DNA of 64,000 bases from an uncultured Chloroflexia bacterium (GCA_963827985.1 CAWHDI010000040.1:16682-80681); one strand, 5' to 3'; positions 21,785 to 30,574 are shown, counted from the stretch's first letter. Translations and numbers: made by a program. The notes: a model not told the origin generated them from the letters alone.

Positions 21785-23286
21785 ATGGCAAAGCCGGAGA
21801 TACGGCAGAAAATGCGGCCGGCCGGCGTCTCTCCAAAGAAGATTACAAGGATTGGAAACGGGCGCAGAAAGAACTGCGCCGTCAGAAGCGGCGTAACGAT
21901 CCTGGACAGGTACCTGTTCGTTGGGCTGCTGCTCTTGGTTTTGGCATCCGTCTTTTTTCTTGTCCAACTGCACTATCTGAACGCCGGCAACTGGCTTGGC
22001 GCTTTTATGATTGGCCTGGGTTTGATACTGATCATCACAGGCATCCAGAGATCAGTTGCTTCCGGGCGCCGCCCTTTCCTGCCTATGAGGTTGATCGGTG
22101 GTGGAGTAGTGCTGTGCTATGGAGTGGCGGCACTGCTTGGTTTAAATGACTGGTGGCCGTTGGCCCTGGTCGTGGTGGGTCTCGCCTTGCTTTTCACCTT
22201 CCTCTTTCTTCAGCGCGAAGCCAGGAAGCGCCGGATTGTGCAGGAAACGTTGCGTGAGAGCGAGGTCAAGTACGGCCATATCATCGATAATGCCAACAGC
22301 ATAATTATGGAAGTTGATCCCGGGGGTAACATTACCTTTGCCAACAAATTCGCCCGCGATTTTTTTGGTTATGAGGGAGGGGAAATTATCGGCCGCAACA
22401 TGGTAGGTACCATCGTGCCGGATACCGGCCCCGCTGGCGACGGGCAGAAATCTATGATTGGGGATATTGCGGAGCATCCCGATAAGTACCTGCACACTGA
22501 AACGGAGAATATTCTGCGAAGCGGAGCAAAAGCCTGGATTATCTGGACCTATAAGCCCGTATTCGATGAAGATAACAATCTCAAGGAAATATTGTGCATC
22601 GGCATCGACAGGACGGAGCAGAAGAAAGCCGAGGACCTGGCGGCGCAGCAGTTGCAGGAAAAAGCGGCGATGGAAGAGCGCAGTCGCCTTGCACGCGACC
22701 TTCACGACGCTGTGAGCCAGACCCTGTTCTCGGCCAGCCTGATTGCTGATGTGCTGCCTCGTCTGTGGGAGAAGAATAAGGAAGAGGGATTGAAAAGGCT
22801 GGAAGAGGTCCGCCAGTTGACCCGTGGTTCCCTGGCCGAGATGCGTACGCTGCTGTTCGAGCTGCGGCCGGCCGCTCTGGCGGATGCCGAACTGGGCGAT
22901 CTGCTGCGCCAGCTTGCTGAGGCGGTCAATGGCAGGGCGCGACTGCCGGTGACGGTGGAGATCGGGGGGACTGTGAAATTCCCGTCGATGTAAAAATCGC
23001 GCTCTATCGGATTGCTCAGGAGGCGCTGAATAACGTGGCCAAGCATTCCGGGGCCAGCCGTGCACAGGTTACACTCCATTGCGAGTCTCACGAGGTGGCA
23101 TTGCATATTATTGACAACGGGCACGGCTTTGATTCATCGCAGGTGGCGTCGGGCGGTTTTGGATTGGGCAATATGAACGAGCGGGCCGGCCAGATCGGCG
23201 CATCGTTGAAAATCGACAGCAAGGTCAATGAAGGCACCGAAATTACGGTTATCTGGAATGACCATGCCGGGGAGATGACAAAATGA
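21785..23286 (+). CDS. Sensor histidine kinase (TM + PAS + HisKA_3 + HATPase), frameshifted in a G6 run
   Basis: TM region, PAS-like segment, H-box EERSRLARDLHDAVSQTLF (HisKA_3/NarL type). The HATPase part (LYRIAQEALNNVAKHSGAS...DNGHGFD) is in another frame (ORF 23035-23286). A 7th G in the G6 run at 22964-22969 would restore ...VEIGGDCEIPVDVKIALYRIAQEALNN. An alternative N-terminus in ORF 21766 carries a basic region like that of the 21339 product. Confidence 0.8.
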
Positions 23287-23923
23287 CAGGACTAAATCAA
23301 ATACGAATACTGCTGGCTGACGATCATACTGTGGTACGCAGCGGGCTGAGTGCAGTGCTGGCGATGCAGGATGATTTCAAAATAGTCGGTGAGGCAGGTG
23401 ATGGTGAAGAGGCCCTTCGGCTCTGTGAAAGCCTCAGCCCGACGTGGTATTAATGGATCTTTTAATGCCGAAGCTCGATGGCGTAGCTGCCACGAGAGCG
23501 ATAAAAGAGCGCTGGCCGCAGGTCCAGGTCATCGCCCTGACCAGCTTTAAGGAAAAGGAATATGTGGAAGGCGCCCTCAAAGCTGGCGCCAACGGCTATC
23601 TGCTGAAAAATGTCTCGGCTGATGAGCTTGTGACAGCAGTGCGGCGAGCGGTTGTCGGGCAGCCCAGCCTGTCGCCGGAAGCGGCGCAGGTGCTGATTCA
23701 GAAGGTGAACGAGCCCCCACAGCCGGGACTGGATATGACGGGGCGCGAAAAGGAAATATTGGCCTTAATGGTAGAAGGGCTTTCCAATAGCAAAATTGCG
23801 GAACGTCTTACAATTAACCAATCGACCGTAAAATTTCATGTGAGCAATATCCTGGGCAAGCTCGGAGTCACCAGCCGGACCGAAGCCGTGGCCCTGGCCG
23901 TGAAACGCCGCCTTATAGAGTGA
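23283..23923 (+). CDS. NarL/LuxR-family response regulator, one frameshift in the receiver
   Basis: MTGLNQIRILLADDH...LCESLSP then a frame change (ccgacgtgg should read ccggacgtgg, giving SPDVVLMDLLMP). The receiver and C-terminal LuxR HTH (EKEILALMVEGLSNSKIAERLTINQSTVKFHVSNILGKL) are in ORF 23444-23923. Confidence 0.8.
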
Positions 23924-24048
23924 CCGTGGGTAGGGTTTTATCCTGGCTGGATGGGCAGGTCAATAACTGGCCGTAAGTTCATTGTTCAAAGAGTAGCCGC
24001 GGCATACAATTGCCTCATAATAAACAGTTTACTTTGAGGAGGCCCAAA

Positions 24049-24830
24049 ATGCTGTCAGCCGGAAAGTATATTGCTATTGCAGTTCTACTCATAACTATCG
24101 TTGCGTCGCCGTGCGTCGCATGTCAGGGCTATATTGTCGGCTCAGGTCCACTGGTAACGAGGGAATATAATTTCAGCGATTTTTCCAATGTTGAAATAGG
24201 GCGATTTTTCGGCGGCTTCGATGCGGACATTTCTGCATCTGATACTTACGGTGTCTCGATCACCATGCCGGAGAATCTGGTCCCGTATGTGGACGTCTCC
24301 CAATCGGGCCGGACATTGAGGATTGCCATGAACGCTATGGTAAACGGCGGCGAAGGGCCCAGGGTATCCATCAGAATGCCGGATCTGCGCAGTGTCAATT
24401 ATTCTTGGGGGTCAAGAGGTAAGGTAAGCGGATTCAAGTCATCCCATGAAATGTCCGTTTTATGCTCAGGGGGTGGCAATGTTGACCTTGATATTGAGGC
24501 GGGAAGCACGGATATCAATCTGTCCGGGGGCGGCACTCTTACCGGGCATACTGCTTTCACCGACGCCAGGATGAACTGTCTCGGGTGGCTCCACATATGG
24601 AATTGACAGGGTCGGGCAGCGGTACCGCCCGGCTGAACGCTTCCGGCGGCAGCCAGGTAAGACTGTCGGGCCTAACTGTTCGAAACGCTGAAGTCATGCT
24701 CAGTGGCGGAACCGGAGCGGATATATCTGTAAGTGACAAACTCAGCGTGAATCTGAGCGGGGGCTCGGGACTGCACTATAAAGGCAGTCCCGAGATTGTG
24801 GCGAAGTTATTTCCGGATTCTCCGAATTAA
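24049..24830 (+). CDS. DUF2807/DUF4097-like 'adhesin head GIN-domain' beta-helix protein (LiaG-like), frameshifted near 24590
   Basis: Signal/TM MLSAGKYIAIAVLLITIVASPC, then repetitive Gly/Ser-rich beta-strand repeats (NLSGGG, LSGGTGADISV, NLSGGSGLHYKG) continuing from ORF 24010-24606 into ORF 24585-24830. Confidence 0.6.
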
Positions 24831-24867
24831 CTCGTGATTAATTCACGTAAAACGTATTAAAGCCGCT

Positions 24868-26061
24868 CTACCGGTAGATCGAGGCGTTAACCCAGGTTGC
24901 CCAGTCCTGTGTTGCGTTCGCATTGTTGGCATCCACGTCCAGGATGAAGTCGGCCTTTTTCCCGGCATAAGCTGAGAGTGGAACGTCAATCGTCGCCAGT
25001 GAACCGTTATAAGGCTTCGTGACATTTGCAATCCAGACATTGCCGGCAGTTGTGCGGATCATGACTTTGAATGTCACGTTACCGGCGCTGGCGCCCTTGA
25101 TAAATCCAACTTGCGAGTAAAAATGATCGTTGGCCTGCACAGTGTACGAACTGGCCATCTGGATGTAGGCCCCCTGGATAAGGCCGCCTGTGACCCACTG
25201 CGGATGAGTCTCCAGGACCTGAGTATAGACCTTGTCATCCTCCAGAGTAGCGTTGGTTCTCCAGAGGGCAAAGCCCCTGTTATCCGTGTCGAGGCCGGGG
25301 AAGGGCAAGGTGGTATTGCTTTCCCATGAAGCTGCCGGCGCCTGGGCCACGAAATCAAAAACGGTCGTTGTTAAAGGTATATGTGGCAGAGGGAACGGCA
25401 GGGTCGGCGTAGAAGGGGAACTGCCGCTTACAAGCACCTGGGTACCAGCGGTTACGCTGCCGTAGGAATTGGCTGCTGTGAGAGCATATACCGTCGAGCT
25501 TCCCGGTGATACTGTTGCGGATCCGCTGGCCGCCACGTTGCCTATCCCCGGTTGGATATTTACTGAACTGACATTGGATACGCTCCAGCTTAGTGTCGAT
25601 GAACTGCCTGATGAGATGCTGTTGGGGCTGGCCCCGAACGAGTTGATAACGGGCATGCCTGAGCTTGACGGTGGAGTGCTAGGCAAGCTTGAGCCCGAGA
25701 TTATTACCTGTGTCGTGGCAGTTGTACTGCCTGAGGAATTGGAAGCGGTCAGTGTGTATAACGTACTTGTCGAAGGTACAACCGCTCTCGTTCCGCTGAC
25801 GGCCACATTTCCTATCCCGTTGTCCATGCTTACGCTGGTGGCCCCCGTTACGCTCCAGGTCAGAGTCGCCGCGTTGCCGGCGGAAATACTGGCGGGGTCG
25901 GCGCTGAAAGAGTTTATCACCGGCATTTGCCCGGATGGGGACGAGGGAGTGGGTGTTGGTGTTGGTGCCGGCGTGACAGGAGTTGTGGGGCTAGCCGGGA
26001 TATATATACATCCGCATGCCAATATTAAGATTGAGACCATAACCAGTAACAGTTTTTTCAT
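24868..26061 (-). CDS. Secreted lipoprotein with two tandem ~88-aa Ig/PKD-like repeats and a C-terminal domain of unknown function
   Basis: Start MKKLLLVMVSILILACGC (lipobox), Pro/Thr linker, then repeats beginning MPVINSFSADPASIS... and MPVINSFGASPNSIS.... Confidence 0.7.
   Translation of the reverse strand: MKKLLLVMVSILILACGCIYIPASPTTPVTPAPTPTPTPSSPSGQMPVINSFSADPASISAGNAATLTWSVTGATSVSMDNGIGNVAVSGTRAVVPSTSTLYTLTASNSSGSTTATTQVIISGSSLPSTPPSSSGMPVINSFGASPNSISSGSSSTLSWSVSNVSSVNIQPGIGNVAASGSATVSPGSSTVYALTAANSYGSVTAGTQVLVSGSSPSTPTLPFPLPHIPLTTTVFDFVAQAPAASWESNTTLPFPGLDTDNRGFALWRTNATLEDDKVYTQVLETHPQWVTGGLIQGAYIQMASSYTVQANDHFYSQVGFIKGASAGNVTFKVMIRTTAGNVWIANVTKPYNGSLATIDVPLSAYAGKKADFILDVDANNANATQDWATWVNASIYR
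25402..25926 (-). repeat. Tandem in-frame ~265-bp duplication encoding the two Ig-like repeats
   Basis: Protein repeats at aa 76-165 and 166-250 of the 24868-26061 product share MPVINSF.A.P.SIS.G...TL.WSV.....V....GIGNVA.SG...V.P.S.T.Y.LTA.NS.GS.TA.TQV. Confidence 0.6.
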
Positions 26062-26607
26062 TTTTGAATTCCTCCCCTTTTTAGACTTATTCGGTACCCA
26101 AGCCCGGTCATCATGAAGCTTACTGTTAACCCCTCCCAACAATATTAGCAAATTGTTAGGATGTCATATTGTAAACGAAGCTGACTAAATATTCCACCAT
26201 CGTGTCCTGCCCCCCTGTTTCAATTGTAGCGGTGAACTGCCCGCATCGCCAAACAACGGTCTCTGCAACGGTGTTTAACCCGTCTTATAGAAATGAGCGC
26301 CGTCTCCCTTTACCACCAGGGCTATCAAGAATAATTGCTCCTTGGATTCTGAGTTTTGAAATGTTTAGTGTTTCGTGTTTAGAACTTAGAATTTTCCCCC
26401 TTTGTTTGGAATTTGGTATTTGGAATTTCCCTTCGTACCAAACGAAACGGTACACGGTCCTTAAGTATCAGCCTGACTGTCATGGGGGCGTTGAATCCCG
26501 ATCTATCGGGATTATAGCAAATGTTCCCCTTTCTCTTCAGGGAGAGGATATCCATCCCATTATTATTTTGGCGCAGCCGGGGCTATAATAAGTCCGGAGG
26601 TGGTTAT

Positions 26608-26913
26608 ATGGCTGTGAGAGCTAACAAAAAGTCCGAGGCCGTGCTGGGTGGTGCGACGGGTGAGCAACGTTTTTATGCAGTTGACGGATGTGTGTACAGC
26701 GGTTTGCCTGATATGGCCGATTGCCTGGAGCACATGTCTTCCGATTCATTCAGTCATCACGTTACGTCAGCCAACAACGACTTCGGCAATTGGGTCAGGG
26801 ATGTCTTGCATGACGGTAAGCTGGCATCCGATCTGGACAAGGCCGCCAACGCCGCTGATATGGCACGGATAGTCCGTTACCGCATTCACTGGCATCAGCG
26901 GACCAAACATTGA
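26608..26913 (+). CDS. Hypothetical protein
   Basis: RBS GGAGGTG 6 nt before the ATG. 101 aa, no recognisable domain. Lies between the noncoding 26200-26600 region and the transposase. Confidence 0.5.
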   Translation: MAVRANKKSEAVLGGATGEQRFYAVDGCVYSGLPDMADCLEHMSSDSFSHHVTSANNDFGNWVRDVLHDGKLASDLDKAANAADMARIVRYRIHWHQRTKH

Positions 26914-27700
26914 CCGGCACGTTTACAAGCAAGGAAACGTTTCAATATCCGGATCCAACGACGGGTAAACTGTGTCCCCAATAACTAGCCGGGCTTCGTC
27001 ACGGGGCGTTTTAAACTCGAATCCAACGACGGATTTCTTGACCTGTAAGTGTCTGGTTTGGTCGCCAAAGGTCATTTTAATGCCATAGATGTACGCCCAT
27101 AGATGATCGGTCATAATAACTTTTGGAATCCTGCCAGTACGCTGATAGGCTTCTTTTAGAATGTCCTGCACGTCCTCTACCCTCTTGGTCGGGGATAATT
27201 TGGATGCGATAAGAAAACGGGTTTTTACGTCTATCACGTCCAATAGCCAGTAATCTTTTCCACCTATGTTAATTACAGTTTCATCCGCAAGCCACACGTA
27301 CCCGACTTCGGGCTCGCATCGGTTTGTTACGTTGACAGTACCTTTTGTGAATTGTGAAATCCAACTATATACACCATAATCCGACACGTCCATGTCGTAC
27401 AGTTGCCGTAGTTCTTGCCGGATGCTATTAACTGACATTCCCCTGTAATGCATCGAAATCGATGCAGCGATGGCATTTATAGAGGTTTTCATGTGTTCCA
27501 GTGTGTCTTTGGTATTAAACCTGTGATTACATGAATGGCCAAGGAAATATTGTTCACCTGTATTTGTTCCGTCTTTTACAACATCCGTGGAATTGCAGTA
27601 TTTACAGGTAATCGGTTTAGCTTCCATATAGTCCATATTTTCAGTCTAACAATAAGAGACTCCAAGTGGCAATAGTTTTGAGTTTGACTGCACTGGTATA
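26900..27700 (-). mobile_element. IS1-like insertion sequence (ends not defined)
   Basis: Transposase CDS of IS1 size. I could not identify terminal inverted repeats by eye. GC is intermediate between the host and the adjacent AT-rich island. Confidence 0.4.
26923..27636 (-). CDS. IS1-family transposase (single-ORF InsAB-type, Zn-finger + DDE)
   Basis: 237 aa. N-terminal CKYCNSTDVV...GHSCNHRF zinc finger, then DDE-like YVWLADETVINIGGKDYWLLDVIDVKTRFLIAS...IMTDHLWAYIYG. The size matches fused IS1 InsAB (~232 aa). Confidence 0.65.
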   Translation of the reverse strand: MDYMEAKPITCKYCNSTDVVKDGTNTGEQYFLGHSCNHRFNTKDTLEHMKTSINAIAASISMHYRGMSVNSIRQELRQLYDMDVSDYGVYSWISQFTKGTVNVTNRCEPEVGYVWLADETVINIGGKDYWLLDVIDVKTRFLIASKLSPTKRVEDVQDILKEAYQRTGRIPKVIMTDHLWAYIYGIKMTFGDQTRHLQVKKSVVGFEFKTPRDEARLVIGDTVYPSLDPDIETFPCL

Positions 27701-27744
27701 CTGGTTTTGATTACCCAATGCATTTATCAAAGAGGTAACTCAGT

Positions 27745-28320
27745 ATGGGAACGAATAATAATAGAAAACAGAATTCGCTTATTGATGAAACTAAAAGTCT
27801 TTGTGCAATCGGAAGAGGGGTAATACTGACCAATGCCACATGGATAGAGAATCTATTGACCTCAATTATTGCAGATTGCTTTGAGCCTACTGATAAAGAC
27901 AATTCCAGTATGGGGTTTGAAATCCCACTTACCGATAAGGCTATAGCATTAAAAGGAATAATTCTAAAAAGAATGGATTTCCGTGATAAGATAGAAGTAT
28001 TTACAGAGTGCGTTCAAGTGGCGAACCCGACAGTTTATAAGGACAATCTGCCGCTAATTAAGTGTATTACTAAGGAACTGAACACACTTCGAGAATTTCG
28101 CAATTTGCTTGCACATTCACCAGCCGATTGGTCATGGACTCAGGATAACCATATTTTCACAATATCACAGTACAAAAAGGAGCTATGCAAACTCTCAAAA
28201 TCGATGAAGACCGATTGGAATCAGAAATTAACAGGGGGGCTAAGGTGTGGGCACTCTTACTTCAGCTATGGCATCTTATCAATATCAGACCTGAATACGC
28301 CCAAATCTATGCTAAACTGA
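27745..28320 (+). CDS. HEPN-domain protein (Abi/Swt1-like Rx4H motif), putative RNase
   Basis: 191 aa, AT-rich. Helical protein carrying LREFRNLLAHSP, i.e. R-N-x3-H (Rx4-6H), the catalytic signature of HEPN RNases of abortive-infection and TA systems. Confidence 0.55.
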   Translation: MGTNNNRKQNSLIDETKSLCAIGRGVILTNATWIENLLTSIIADCFEPTDKDNSSMGFEIPLTDKAIALKGIILKRMDFRDKIEVFTECVQVANPTVYKDNLPLIKCITKELNTLREFRNLLAHSPADWSWTQDNHIFTISQYKKELCKLSKSMKTDWNQKLTGGLRCGHSYFSYGILSISDLNTPKSMLN

Positions 28321-28401
28321 GTACAGTAACAAGGGCACAACATCATGAATGGTTTAAAAATATTCGTTCCCCACAAAAATAGGAACTACAAACTCGTAAA
28401 A

Positions 28402-29301
28402 TCAATCAAATAAATCTAACTGTTCCCCGCCAGATATTACCTCTATTACTTTCACCACTTCATAGCTGGTTTTTAATACTTCGCCCGCATAATCATAATG
28501 ATGTGTTTCCTTTAATAGCACGTGTATCGCATCCCCCGGTTCGATTTTAACCCTTCTAGCTTGAAACTCAGCAAGCCATTCCTTGTCACTTATCATGGCA
28601 AGAAAATTCCGTTTCTCTTGTCGTAATTCCCATTGAGACTCACCGAGATAGTCAGGCTTCTTCACCTTAACTATTTGCTCGGTTTCATTTTCTATACGTT
28701 TGCTTTCAAGTAATTCATCTATTGACTCAGGAGCCATGTTGAACTCAAGGTTGAATTCGGCCTTGTCCACACTCGTAATATAGGATGCCTTATCCCCCGG
28801 CAATAAAAGTTTCGTACCCTCCGATATCCTCTGGATACCCTCCAATAAAGCACGGGGTTGGATTGGTTCATAGTCATCAAGCCAACGTACTTTTGTCTCG
28901 TGCGCCGCAACGTCAATTTGTCCTATCAACGGTTTTAAATCTGAGATGCTAGTAATTCGTACCTTGCCATCTAAGAAATTAATCATCAGGAATTTGGCTT
29001 TTACTAAGAATTGGCCAACTATGGGTTTCCACTCCAGATTGTAAAGAGCATCATCTGGAATTGCACGGAGCAAGTTGCTGAACCATGTTCTAAGAGAACC
29101 AGCTTCTATATCTTCCAATAGAAGAACTGGCTCTATTTTATTATCGATGACACCTACCAGTGACTTATCAATAAATTGAAATGTCTCTATTAGGTCATGT
29201 GTGACTTGGAATATTCGAGATGGCCTCTCAGATTTCTTTAAGAAATCTATTTCCAAGCGAAAATCCGCTTTTGGGATTTGCATTTTGCCCCATTTTATCA
29301 T
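28402..29301 (-). CDS. Hypothetical 299-aa protein (no recognisable domain), second gene of a two-gene AT-rich operon
   Basis: Clean ORF 45 nt downstream of the proteasome-like gene on the same strand. Codon composition is AT-rich like its neighbours. Confidence 0.6.
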   Translation of the reverse strand: MIKWGKMQIPKADFRLEIDFLKKSERPSRIFQVTHDLIETFQFIDKSLVGVIDNKIEPVLLLEDIEAGSLRTWFSNLLRAIPDDALYNLEWKPIVGQFLVKAKFLMINFLDGKVRITSISDLKPLIGQIDVAAHETKVRWLDDYEPIQPRALLEGIQRISEGTKLLLPGDKASYITSVDKAEFNLEFNMAPESIDELLESKRIENETEQIVKVKKPDYLGESQWELRQEKRNFLAMISDKEWLAEFQARRVKIEPGDAIHVLLKETHHYDYAGEVLKTSYEVVKVIEVISGGEQLDLFD

Positions 29302-29346
29302 CTACGAACCACCAATATCAAAATGCTCGTTGACGACAAATTATTC

Positions 29347-30126
29347 TTATGGTTTGCATATCCAGTCTGATATACGTTTGAAACCAATTCTTTTCTCAAT
29401 TCCAGTTTGTATTTCTTTGATCTCGGGTTGGTCAACTAACTTGAATCCTTCGTGTTCCGTTATAGTAGCCATCTGTATATCACCACCTATATAAGGAACA
29501 TATGAACAGGTTTCGGTTATTGCCATTATTACAATCCGTTTAAGTGACTCAATGGGAAGTTCGCTATTAGCCAAGCTCTTTTGCAAGCCTAGCCTTTTGA
29601 ACCAGTACTCACAAATAATGCCTTTTCCATGTATACGATAGCCTATTACTTTATCTGGTACCATCGGTAAGCCCCCATGAGCAGGTAATTCAACACAGAT
29701 TACACTTGGTTTATCTTCTTCATATCCACATATAAGCATGTTCAGATTAAAACCACGAATCAATGTCCTAACAACTTCATCCCCAAGACCTTTGATTCTT
29801 TTCAGTGCATCGTCCTGAACAATTTGTATATATTCTATGTATAGTTCTCTAAAATTTGCCGAAGGCATAAGCTTGGATTTTCTAGCCATCTCGTCAATTA
29901 ACCATTTACGATAGCCTTCTTGCGATCCTATTGACGTGCAGCCGACATTCTCCGTAATTTGCCAAAGCTTTTGTGAATAATCATTAAATCCAGTAAAAAT
30001 CTCGCCTGTATCCGTGAGACTCAACCTGCTATCTGTAGCCAAAACTATCCCATCTATCCCGATAAAAGCCATTGCAATACTCATTGATGTATCCCTCCCA
30101 CAACTAAAATGTCTGTCATATCGCAT
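29347..30126 (-). CDS. Proteasome beta-subunit/HslV-like Ntn-hydrolase family protein
   Basis: Near-N-terminal MSIAMAFIGIDGIVLATDSRLS...SQKLWQITENVGCTSIGS matches the proteasome-beta/HslV core (GxDGVVLAADTR...K(I/L)F.I...G.AG). 259 aa. The true start may be a downstream Met, leaving a short propeptide. Confidence 0.55.
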   Translation of the reverse strand: MRYDRHFSCGRDTSMSIAMAFIGIDGIVLATDSRLSLTDTGEIFTGFNDYSQKLWQITENVGCTSIGSQEGYRKWLIDEMARKSKLMPSANFRELYIEYIQIVQDDALKRIKGLGDEVVRTLIRGFNLNMLICGYEEDKPSVICVELPAHGGLPMVPDKVIGYRIHGKGIICEYWFKRLGLQKSLANSELPIESLKRIVIMAITETCSYVPYIGGDIQMATITEHEGFKLVDQPEIKEIQTGIEKRIGFKRISDWICKP

Positions 30127-30574
30127 TTTATCATGGGTATCAAGAAGCCAAGAGAATCCGTTATCATTTTTTTTCGTCCTCCAATGCTCTATAATTTGGG
30201 ATCATTTTCCTCTCGAGATATAATAGAACCCCTTTGGGAGAGGGCAGGGTGAGGGTAAAACACTGGTATAATAACCCTCATGTCAAAACTTGTTCTCGAT
30301 CTCCACGACATATTTAATAAAGGCTGGAGCATCGATGCTGAGCTCAACAGGATCGTAACTGAAGCTGTAGCAAAAAGATTACCCTGGTTGAGATTATTCC
30401 TGGCAAAGGCTCCGGCCAACTGAAAAAGCGTGTTTTACGCTTTCTCGCTCAACCTGACATAAAGAAGCTCTACCACCGGGTTGAAAAAGACGACAAGAAC
30501 TTCGGCAGAATTTTTATCCATTTCCGCTTCTGAAACCGGACCTCAAATTGCAGATTGCACCCGGTGAAGGATAC

